From contig JAVJSW010000012.1 in the NCBI GenBank assembly GCA_040219255.1, positions 32,001 through 96,000 of the forward strand: DNA of 64,000 bases. Direction: 5' to 3'. Position numbers and translations under genes: made by a program. The DNA is from Sumerlaeia bacterium (GTDB taxonomy: Bacteria > Sumerlaeota > Sumerlaeia > SLMS01 > JAHLLQ01). Shown here one piece after another: positions 28,987-39,587 of the stretch. The notes below the pieces were generated by a model. The model saw only the letters and a program-made list of their open reading frames with translations. It was not told the origin of the DNA and did not search any database. The first letter of the stretch is position 1; the number at the start of each line of letters is the position of its first letter.

Positions 28987-29293
28987 TTCACCACGGAGAC
29001 GCGAAGGCACGGAGATGCTTGGCGGGAATGAGGTTACGCGAGATCACGATGAAAAGAAACTCCTTCTTCGGGCAACTGGGGGGAGCCGATCCCCTTCTCC
29101 AGATTGGTCAAAGAAGACCGCCAAACGCGTCACAGTTCCTCCCTTCATTTCTTCGTACCCGAGTAAAGCTGGCACACAATAACAACGCTGACTATTCGTA
29201 GATTTTTGATTTTATTGCGTCTAAACAGAAGTGGTCGACGAACTTTTATTCATTCCCTGTGAGACCTCTGTCCTCTGTGCCCTCTGCGGAGAA
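28987..29293. repeat. ~307-nt element with imperfect inverted ends built from CACGGAG/CACAGAG units (copy A)
   Basis: Left arm TTCACCACGGAGACGCGAAGGCACGGAGATG; right arm CCCTGTGAGACCTCTGTCCTCTGTGCCCTCTGCGGAGAA; homologous to 46540-46844. Confidence 0.75.
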
Positions 29294-29334
29294 GGATTAG
29301 GGTTGATCGAATCCCCGAAAGGACATCGCGAACC

Positions 29335-30066
29335 GTGACCGACCAGGGGGCCTTCGGGCCCGCGAGTGAGAAAACGGCCCTTCTGGTGAACCTGGGTCGG
29401 ATGGATTATCAGGCCGCCTGGGACGTGCAGCAGCGCATCCAGGAGCGCCAGATCGCTGGCGAGTTGGGCCACGTGGTGCTGATGGTCGAGCACCCGCCGA
29501 CGATCACGCTGGGGCGCCGGGGAAAGACCGACGATCTGGTGGCGCCCGCTTCGGTGCTCGAACGGCGCGGCATCGCGGTGACGGAGACGGACCGCGGCGG
29601 CCAAGTCACCTACCATGGTCCGGGCCAATTGGTGGTTTATCCACAGGTGAACCTGCAACGGCTGGAGCTGGATTTACACGCGTACATGCGGGCGCTGGAG
29701 GAAAGCGTGATCGTCTACCTGGCGACGGTGGGCATCACGGGAACCCGCATCAAGGACTTCGTGGGCGTCTGGGTGACGGGCGAGAAGGTCTGCGCCATGG
29801 GCGTTCGCGTGCGCAAGTGGTGGACGATGCACGGGCTGGCGCTGAACGTGGCGACGGATCTCAACCATTTCGGCATGATCGTGCCCTGCGGCATCCGGAA
29901 CAAAGGCGTGACGAGCCTGGCCAAGATCCTGGGCCCCGACGCCCCGGCGTTTGAAACGGTGCGCTGCGAATTCCCCGCCCATCTCGCGAAAGCTCTCGGC
30001 CTCGCGGTCCAGGCCGTGGACTTTCAGGACTTCGAGAAACGCATTGGGGCTTCCGGAGCCTTGTAA
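29335..30066 (+). CDS. lipB: Lipoyl(octanoyl) transferase
   Basis: EHPPTITLG, DRGGQVTYHGPGQLVVYP, GVWV, KVCAMG, HGLALNV, IVPCGI. Confidence 0.96.
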   Translation: MTDQGAFGPASEKTALLVNLGRMDYQAAWDVQQRIQERQIAGELGHVVLMVEHPPTITLGRRGKTDDLVAPASVLERRGIAVTETDRGGQVTYHGPGQLVVYPQVNLQRLELDLHAYMRALEESVIVYLATVGITGTRIKDFVGVWVTGEKVCAMGVRVRKWWTMHGLALNVATDLNHFGMIVPCGIRNKGVTSLAKILGPDAPAFETVRCEFPAHLAKALGLAVQAVDFQDFEKRIGASGAL

Positions 30067-30158
30067 GACTGGAGCAAAGGGAAAGCTCCAGACGCCTTCT
30101 TGGGCCCGGGGCTTTCCATGGAGAGGCTGGCGGAGAGGAGAGAAGTGCTCCTGCTGGA

Positions 30159-31937
30159 TCAGTACAGCGCCCAGCTCCGCACCGCCGTCGTGTTGTTGTA
30201 GGTGACCGACACGTCGGGCGACGGTGGCACGACTTCCGTGTTGCCGGCCGAATCGGTGCCGATGGTGTAGAATTCATAGGTGCCATCGCCGCCGTGCGCG
30301 GCGGTGTCGAAGGGGATGGGCGAGCTGGTGTAGGTTCCCGCGCTCTGGAAAACGACGCCCTTCGAGATGCTCTTGCTGAAGAACAGTTCCACGCTTTCCA
30401 ACTCCGAGAACACGTCGCTTCCGGCCCAGACGACGTCGATCACCGGGTCTTTCTGGTTCACCACGCCGGTGGGACTGACGACGGAGGTGACGGGGCCGCT
30501 GGTATCGAGGACGATGGTGGCGGAGGTGATATCGGACAGGGCCGAGTCTGTTCCGAGGCGGGCGTAAAGCGTCACCTGACCCTCGGCTTGCTCGGTGATG
30601 GTCGCCAGGGCGTTGGAGCAACTGGAGCAGGAGACGGTCGTCGAGGTGGCGAAGTTGTCTTCACTGACGTAAAGCGAGTCGCTGGGGCCGTCTTCCACGC
30701 CGGAGAGGGTGACTTTGACGGTGGTGCTGTTGGTGTAGGTGGTGACCTGGTCGCTCGAGTTCAGGTCCGCCAGGGTGATGCCGCCGAGAATGGGCGAGAG
30801 GTTTTCGTAGAACGAAACACGCCCGCCGCTATAGGAAGTGGAAAGGACCTCGGGATCGCCGTCACCGTCCAGGTCGGCGGCGGCGACGGATGTCACCTGG
30901 GTGCCATCGCCGGTGAAGTTGATGGTGTTGATCGGGCCGAAGTCGCCTTTGCCGTCGAGGTTCTCGAACCAGGCGACACGGTCGTCGAGGAAACTGGCGG
31001 TGACCAGGTCGAGGTCGCCGTCGTTGTCGATGTCGGCGAAGTCGAGATCTTGAGGGAACTGGGTGACGGTGGTGATGGTGATGGCGCCGGTGAAGGTTCC
31101 GTCGCCGTCGAGGTTTTCGTACCATTGGAAGCGATTGTCCGAGGCGGAGCCGGAGACGACATCCATGTCGCCGTCGCCATCGATGTCGCCGGCTCGTGCG
31201 ACCCAGGCGCCCGATGCGGTGGAGTTGAGGACTTGGGGGTTCCAGAACGAGCCGTCGCCGTTGACATTTTGGTAGATGACCACTTCATCGTCGGAGAAGC
31301 CGGTGGCGAGAACGTCGACGTCACCGTCGCCGTCGAAATCGGCCGCATCGACGTAGTTGGCGCCGCCAAGCGCGCCGTCGATCAGCGTACCTGGGGCGAA
31401 GTTACCGTTTCCGTCGGTGTTTTCGAACCACTTCACGTTGCTGTTGTCGCTCGAGGCGCCGACAATGTCCAAGTCGTTGTCTCCATCGATATCGGCGGCG
31501 GTAAATTTAAAGATCGCGTCGCCGGTCATGCCGATGGGTTTTGAAGTCGAGAAATCGGCCGCACCGGTCTGATTTTCGTACCACACGAAGAGATCGTTCA
31601 CGTCGGCGGCGGCCACAACGTCCAGGTCTCCGTCTCCGTCGATGTCGAAAGCGCCGGCCGCGTTGGCTCCCTCGGCCGTTCCGGAGATCGTCATTTTGCC
31701 GCTGAAGGTGCCCTGGCCATCCAGGTTTTCGAACCACACCACGAGGTCGTCTCCCGAGGCGGCGGACAGCACGTCGATGTCGCCGTCGCCGTCGAGATCG
31801 GCTCCCTCGACGGATCGACTGAAATCGGTGGTGGAGGAGATATCTTCACGAAGGGAGAAGGGTACGGAGGCGGTGGCGGGGAAATAGCCCGCCAGCACGG
31901 CGGCGGTGGCGGCGATGGTCAAATGGATACGATTCAT
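30159..31937 (-). CDS. Secreted FG-GAP/VCBS repeat beta-propeller protein with C-terminal Ig-like domains and TAVRSWALY tail
   Basis: Signal peptide; 7 repeats of (A)DxDGDGDxDxx...W(F/Y)EN; 'DSAGNTE' Ig-like domain. Confidence 0.9.
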   Translation of the reverse strand: MNRIHLTIAATAAVLAGYFPATASVPFSLREDISSTTDFSRSVEGADLDGDGDIDVLSAASGDDLVVWFENLDGQGTFSGKMTISGTAEGANAAGAFDIDGDGDLDVVAAADVNDLFVWYENQTGAADFSTSKPIGMTGDAIFKFTAADIDGDNDLDIVGASSDNSNVKWFENTDGNGNFAPGTLIDGALGGANYVDAADFDGDGDVDVLATGFSDDEVVIYQNVNGDGSFWNPQVLNSTASGAWVARAGDIDGDGDMDVVSGSASDNRFQWYENLDGDGTFTGAITITTVTQFPQDLDFADIDNDGDLDLVTASFLDDRVAWFENLDGKGDFGPINTINFTGDGTQVTSVAAADLDGDGDPEVLSTSYSGGRVSFYENLSPILGGITLADLNSSDQVTTYTNSTTVKVTLSGVEDGPSDSLYVSEDNFATSTTVSCSSCSNALATITEQAEGQVTLYARLGTDSALSDITSATIVLDTSGPVTSVVSPTGVVNQKDPVIDVVWAGSDVFSELESVELFFSKSISKGVVFQSAGTYTSSPIPFDTAAHGGDGTYEFYTIGTDSAGNTEVVPPSPDVSVTYNNTTAVRSWALY

Positions 31938-31943
31938 TATATT

Positions 31944-32032
31944 GCTCCTTACGGAATTTTACAGCATCAATACTGAAACTCGTAAGGAGCGAATGGCGGA
32001 CCACTAATGAGACACGATTGTCATTTGTCCGC
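31944..32032 (-). promoter_or_regulatory. Two tandem hairpins in the FG-GAP gene leader; the second sequesters the SD
   Basis: Minus strand: GCGGAC..GTCCGC stem, then GCTCCTTACG...CGTAAGGAGC, whose 3' arm contains AAGGAG 7 nt before the ATG. Confidence 0.55.
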
Positions 32033-32229
32033 TGACAAGGGATCTCGAAGGGCCCCGATTTCCGATGCGAAGACTTGTCAAAAAACGACTTGGGCTTGCG
32101 ACCCGAACAACCGGTGCAATCCTGCCCCCGTCACCCCATTATCTGTGTGCAGAGGTGGAAGTCCGAAGGGAGGGGCCAGAATATCGGCGCCTGCCACGAT
32201 TCGATTTGGGATTTCTGTAGCCGCATAAT

Positions 32230-32259
32230 AAAACCAGACCCCGATTGTCCGGGGTCTGG
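32230..32259 (-). terminator. Rho-independent terminator after secA
   Basis: Minus strand CCAGACCCCG-GACAAT-CGGGGTCTGG-TTTT. Confidence 0.8.
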
Positions 32260-32300
32260 CGAAGGAGGTTCAGGAATGGGACCGGTTTTCCGGCGCTCGC

Positions 32301-35765
<3,465 letters not shown>

Positions 35766-35818
35766 GGTGTTCTCCTGCCGGATTCGTCCGGCGCTCTTCG
35801 TCGATTGGGGTCAGGGTT

Positions 35819-36367
35819 TCAGACAGCGGGGAGAACCGTGCGGCCGGCGGCGTCGATGGCGACGCCTTCGCGTTCGAGAAGCCAGCGCTTCATTTCCAGA
35901 CCCCCGCCGTAGTTGCCCAGCGAACCGTCGCTGCGCACCACGCGGTGGCACGGAATGAGAAGCGGGAGAGGATTGCGCGCCATCACACCGCCGATGGCCC
36001 GGCTGCCCTTGGGATTGCCGACCGCTTTGGCCAGTTGCCCGTAGGAGCGGACTTCCCCGCGGGGAATGGCGGCGCAGGCTTCGGAGACTTCACGGGCGAA
36101 GGGCGTCAGCTCGGGCCACACCATTCGTTCCCGCAAGTCTTCGAAACACCCCGAGCCATCGCAAGCCTTGGCCAGCAAATCCGCCAGCTCCAGCGATTCG
36201 CGGGTTCTTACGAACCGGAAGCGCTCGCCGGGGCGGGTGGCTTTTTCCAGCGCGGCGTTGGCTTGCCCCATGGTCAGGGGTGGCAGCCAGAGGGCCACGA
36301 TGGCTCCCTCGCGGCTGGCGACCAATCCTTCTCCGAACGGCGTCTTGAAGACGCTGCCGTCCAGCAC
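35819..36367 (-). CDS. ogt: Methylated-DNA-[protein]-cysteine S-methyltransferase
   Basis: IPRGEVRSYGQLA, RAIG, NP....PCHRVV, GNYGGG...KRWLL..EG; GTG start 4 nt after the upstream stop. Confidence 0.92.
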   Translation of the reverse strand: MLDGSVFKTPFGEGLVASREGAIVALWLPPLTMGQANAALEKATRPGERFRFVRTRESLELADLLAKACDGSGCFEDLRERMVWPELTPFAREVSEACAAIPRGEVRSYGQLAKAVGNPKGSRAIGGVMARNPLPLLIPCHRVVRSDGSLGNYGGGLEMKRWLLEREGVAIDAAGRTVLPAV

Positions 36368-36371
36368 TTTG

Positions 36372-36794
36372 TCACCTGGGATTGGGCGGACCACGGCGCT
36401 TGAGGGGCAGGTGCCCGGGTTCGAGGGGACGAACGGCGCTGGCGGCGTCGGGCGAACCCTGGGCGGCGTTGGAATGGAAATTCTGAAGGGAGAACGATTT
36501 GGGCCGCGCGTGACCGCTGAAGCAGCGGGGAAAGGGCGAGGGCGTTCGCTTCTGCGTCTCTTCGCGGGACTCGGTGGCCGCCTGCACCAGAACGGCTTCC
36601 ACGATCTTGCGCTGACGCTCGCCCATGGCGGCTCGGACTTCACCCCGCGCGTAGGGCATCCACCAGTCCGCCGCCCGGCCGGGCCCGGGTGTGACGCAGG
36701 TCGCCGCCAGCGGCAACAGCATCACCAGCACCATCGGCGGAATGCGCCGGTGTGTCGCGGAGGAGAAGCTGGTGCGCTGGTCGCTCTGTGCCAT
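36372..36794 (-). CDS. Small exported protein ending ...KRRGPPNPR (candidate ribosome-arrest peptide)
   Basis: Basic residues, hydrophobic stretch and AxA-like site (HRRIPPMVLVMLLPLAATCVTPGPGRAA); C-terminal RGPP; fills the gap upstream of ogt-secA on the same strand. Confidence 0.55.
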   Translation of the reverse strand: MAQSDQRTSFSSATHRRIPPMVLVMLLPLAATCVTPGPGRAADWWMPYARGEVRAAMGERQRKIVEAVLVQAATESREETQKRTPSPFPRCFSGHARPKSFSLQNFHSNAAQGSPDAASAVRPLEPGHLPLKRRGPPNPR

Positions 36795-36962
36795 AGGGAC
36801 CCACAAGACGGTCAGAAACCGCGTGATGTCAAAGGAAAGTGCCAGTTGCGGGCCAACCGCCAAAGACCTTCGATTCAGCCATTCCAGCTTGCCCGCTCCA
36901 ACCGTCTGCGGTTCAATCGCATTTGCCTCTCGATTTTTGAAAACCCAGGAAAGGGCTCCGCT

Positions 36963-38477
36963 TTGACTGCCTCCTCCCTGACGCGACAGACCTTACTCGG
37001 ACTCATGGCCTCCGTTTTGGCGGTGCCGCTCCTGGCCCAATCGCCTCCCCGCGGCCTCGTCATCATGGCCCAGGGCGAAGGCCTGCGGAGCACCCGCGAA
37101 GTGTCCCGCCTGGTCGAAAACATCGCGCCCGTGGCTTTTGACCAGCTCATCCTGGAAGTGCGCGGCTACGACGGTACCCTCTACGATTCCGATCTGGAAC
37201 CCCGCGCCTACGCCACCAGCCCCGGCGCCCCGGAGGACCCGGTGCGGGCTTTGGAGGACGCGCTGACCGATGACGGCCGCACCTCCGCTGCGATCTGGCT
37301 CCTGATGGAAACGCTGCCGTCCTACGATGCCGAGTTCACTTCCCGCCCGCCGGAGGGCTCGACCATGGACCGCCTGAGTAGGGCCACCATGTTCCGGGCC
37401 GACGGCGAGAAGCTGACCAGCGAGCGCCTGATGCTGCTGGACCCGGGCGTGCGGGCCACTCAGGAGCACCTGCTGGCCATGATCCGCGAAGTGGCCGAAC
37501 GCTACCAGCCCCCCGGTATCGTGCTGAACGGCATCGCATTCCCGAGCGCCGAATGGGGCTACAACGCGCAAAGCATCGCCGCCTTCCGGGCGGCCGTGGG
37601 CGGCGTGGGGCCGCCGCCGCCGGACAATGGCGTCTGGATGGTCTGGCGCCGAGAGGTCCTGACCTACTTCCTGCGTCAGGTTGACGAAATGCTGGCCGAA
37701 GTGTCGCCCGACACGCGGCTCGGCGTGATTGTCAGTGCGGAAGGTCCGGCGCCCAGTTCCTGGGCCGAATGGGAAGCTTCCACCGCCTATCGCGACCGGC
37801 TGCAAGACTGGGTCGGTTGGGCCGAGGAGGGTCTGGTGGACGTGCTCTACGTGAGCCGGCCGACACGCCCAGGCCTGGAAGAGGAGTACGAATTCAACGA
37901 GTGGCTGGATTTCGCCCGGGCCCATTCCTACGGGGCGAAAGTCACGGCCTGGATCGACGCCGAATCGGCCATTCCGGCGGATCTGATCGGGCGCCTTCGT
38001 GGAGCCCGCCGGCGGGGCGCGGGCGTGGCTTTGTCCCATTACGCCAAGCCCGCTCGCCAGGTCCTCAACGATTACTTCGAGCAAATGCTGCCCGGCGCCC
38101 TCGGCGTCAGCGCCGCCGTGGTCCGCCCGGACGAACCCTTCGAACACCAGCGCCGCCGTCCAGACTTCAGCCGCGTCACGACTCCGCCACCGTCGCTCGA
38201 TCCCACACCCACGCCGACCCCCACCCCCACTCCGGAACCCCTTCGCCGCACCCCGGCGCCGACGCCAACGCCCGACCTCTTCGATGCCCCCCCACCGCCG
38301 CCGCTCCTGGAGCTGAATCGCCAGACGCAGCGCATCGTCATGAAAAACGGACAAATCATCGAAGGCGTCGTCGTCCGTCGCGATGACCTGCGCGGAACCT
38401 TCCGCGTCCGTCTCGACAACGGCACGATGCTGACCCTTGAGGACGCCCAGGTTGAATCCCTCTCCCCCCTGGAGTGA
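36963..38477 (+). CDS. Family 10-like glycosyl hydrolase (GHL10/YddW-like), probably catalytically degenerate, with PT-rich linker and small C-terminal beta domain
   Basis: 'EVRGYDGTLYDSDLEP', 'LDPG...Q.HL.AMIREVAERY', 'WGYN..SI..F', 'W..WRRE.LT', 'QDW.GW..EG.VD'; signal peptide; the ORF-track N-terminal extension is shadow. Confidence 0.7.
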   Translation: MTASSLTRQTLLGLMASVLAVPLLAQSPPRGLVIMAQGEGLRSTREVSRLVENIAPVAFDQLILEVRGYDGTLYDSDLEPRAYATSPGAPEDPVRALEDALTDDGRTSAAIWLLMETLPSYDAEFTSRPPEGSTMDRLSRATMFRADGEKLTSERLMLLDPGVRATQEHLLAMIREVAERYQPPGIVLNGIAFPSAEWGYNAQSIAAFRAAVGGVGPPPPDNGVWMVWRREVLTYFLRQVDEMLAEVSPDTRLGVIVSAEGPAPSSWAEWEASTAYRDRLQDWVGWAEEGLVDVLYVSRPTRPGLEEEYEFNEWLDFARAHSYGAKVTAWIDAESAIPADLIGRLRGARRRGAGVALSHYAKPARQVLNDYFEQMLPGALGVSAAVVRPDEPFEHQRRRPDFSRVTTPPPSLDPTPTPTPTPTPEPLRRTPAPTPTPDLFDAPPPPPLLELNRQTQRIVMKNGQIIEGVVVRRDDLRGTFRVRLDNGTMLTLEDAQVESLSPLE

Positions 38478-38961
38478 GGCCGCCACCGAGGAAGACTCCG
38501 GATGGATGGACCGGGCGCTGGGCTGGGCGCGTTTGGCCGCCCGGCGCGGCGAAGTCCCCATCGGCGCCGTGATCGTCTCCGCCGAACGGGAACTCCTAGG
38601 CGGCGCCCACGATGGCAAGGAAGTCTTCCTGGAGCCGACGGCCCACGCGGAGATCCTGGCGATTCGCCAGGCCGCCGCCGCCACTGGCGACTGGCGCCTC
38701 GATGACGCGTGCCTTTATGTGACGGCCGAGCCTTGCCCCATGTGCGCCGGAGCCATCGTCCACGCCCGTATCGCACGGGTCGTATACGCCGCGCCGAACC
38801 CGCGCTGGGGCTGCTGCTCCGGCGAACTGAATCTGCTGGCGCAGCCGCGCTTCAATCACCGCCCGATGGTCGTTTCCGGCGTTCGTCAGGAGGAATCGGC
38901 GGCGCTCCTGCGCGAGACCTTCCGGCGTTATCGCCAGGAGCGTCAGGCGGCGGAGGAATAG
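38437..38961 (+). CDS. tadA: tRNA adenosine(34) deaminase
   Basis: GEVPIGAV, PTAHAEI, WRL, LYVTAEPCPMCAGA, FNH; start uncertain (38437 TTG or 38506 ATG). Confidence 0.92.
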   Translation: MRTPRLNPSPPWSEAATEEDSGWMDRALGWARLAARRGEVPIGAVIVSAERELLGGAHDGKEVFLEPTAHAEILAIRQAAAATGDWRLDDACLYVTAEPCPMCAGAIVHARIARVVYAAPNPRWGCCSGELNLLAQPRFNHRPMVVSGVRQEESAALLRETFRRYRQERQAAEE

Positions 38962-39106
38962 CGCAGGCTTCGCCCTGGCCCTCGCCCGAGCAGCAAGGCT
39001 CCACATTGGTGCCGCAGCGGGCGCACTGCACATGGCCATGCACGGGCACCGGCGAGTAAGGCGCACCACAGAACGGGCATCGGACAAAGGCGGGCCGGAG
39101 CGTCAT
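38852..39106 (-). CDS. Small Cys/His-rich zinc-finger-like protein
   Basis: MTLRPAFVRCPFCGAPYSPVPVHGHVQCARCGTNVEPCCSGE...; the Cys core lies in the tadA-yjbQ intergenic gap. Confidence 0.55.
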   Translation of the reverse strand: MTLRPAFVRCPFCGAPYSPVPVHGHVQCARCGTNVEPCCSGEGQGEACAIPPPPDAPGDNAGRSRAGAPPIPPDERRKRPSGGD

Positions 39107-39163
39107 GGACCGCACCTTGCCCAGCCAAACCCGCCCGGCACAAGCCCCGCGAAAGGACTCGCC

Positions 39164-39586
39164 ATGGAAATTTCGACTCAATCCCTTAGCTTCGAGACAA
39201 AGGGCATGACCGACATCCTGGATATCACGCCCCAGGTGGAAGAGCTGCTGCTCGCCTCTGGCCTGCGCGAAGGCACGGCGACCCTCTTCGTACCGGGCGC
39301 GACGGCGGGGCTCTCGACCATCGAGTTCGAGCCGGGCCTGCTGAAGGACCTGCCGGAGTTTTTCGAGGAAATCGCCCCCTACGGCCGCGACTGGCACCAC
39401 CACAAAACCTGGGGCGATCGCAACGGCGCGTCGCACATCCGGGCGCCTCTGATCGGGCCTTCGCTCGTTGTGCCGTTCGTCGATGGGCGCCTGACGCTGG
39501 GAACGTGGCAGCAGATCGTACTCTTCGATTTCGACGACCGCCCGCGCCAGCGCCGGGTGGTCTGTCAGTTGGCGGGCGTGAAGTAG
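39164..39586 (+). CDS. yjbQ: YjbQ/UPF0047 family (secondary thiamine-phosphate synthase-like)
   Basis: DIT, F.PGATAG..TIEFEPGL, H...GD.NG.SHIR, LGTWQQI..FDFD.RPR.R. Confidence 0.88.
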   Translation: MEISTQSLSFETKGMTDILDITPQVEELLLASGLREGTATLFVPGATAGLSTIEFEPGLLKDLPEFFEEIAPYGRDWHHHKTWGDRNGASHIRAPLIGPSLVVPFVDGRLTLGTWQQIVLFDFDDRPRQRRVVCQLAGVK

Positions 39587-39587
39587 C

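Noticed and set aside
29028-29201. Small ORFs inside the ~306-nt elements (also within 46572-46925)
   Set aside because: No recognisable motifs, atypical codon use, and frames not conserved between the two copies.
30780-31830. Periodic DNA repeats suggesting a CRISPR or tandem array
   Set aside because: They encode FG-GAP protein repeats; there are no identical repeats with unique spacers and no cas genes in the window.
35777-35792. Hairpin GCCGGA-CGAA-TCCGGC before secA as a SecM-type SD-sequestering stem
   Set aside because: It ends just upstream of the AGGAG SD and does not pair with it, so it is not evidence for the canonical secM-secA mechanism.
36066-36962. N-terminal ~300 aa of the 803-aa + strand ORF
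   Set aside because: Overlaps ogt and the RGPP ORF on the opposite strand; the signal peptide begins near 36963.
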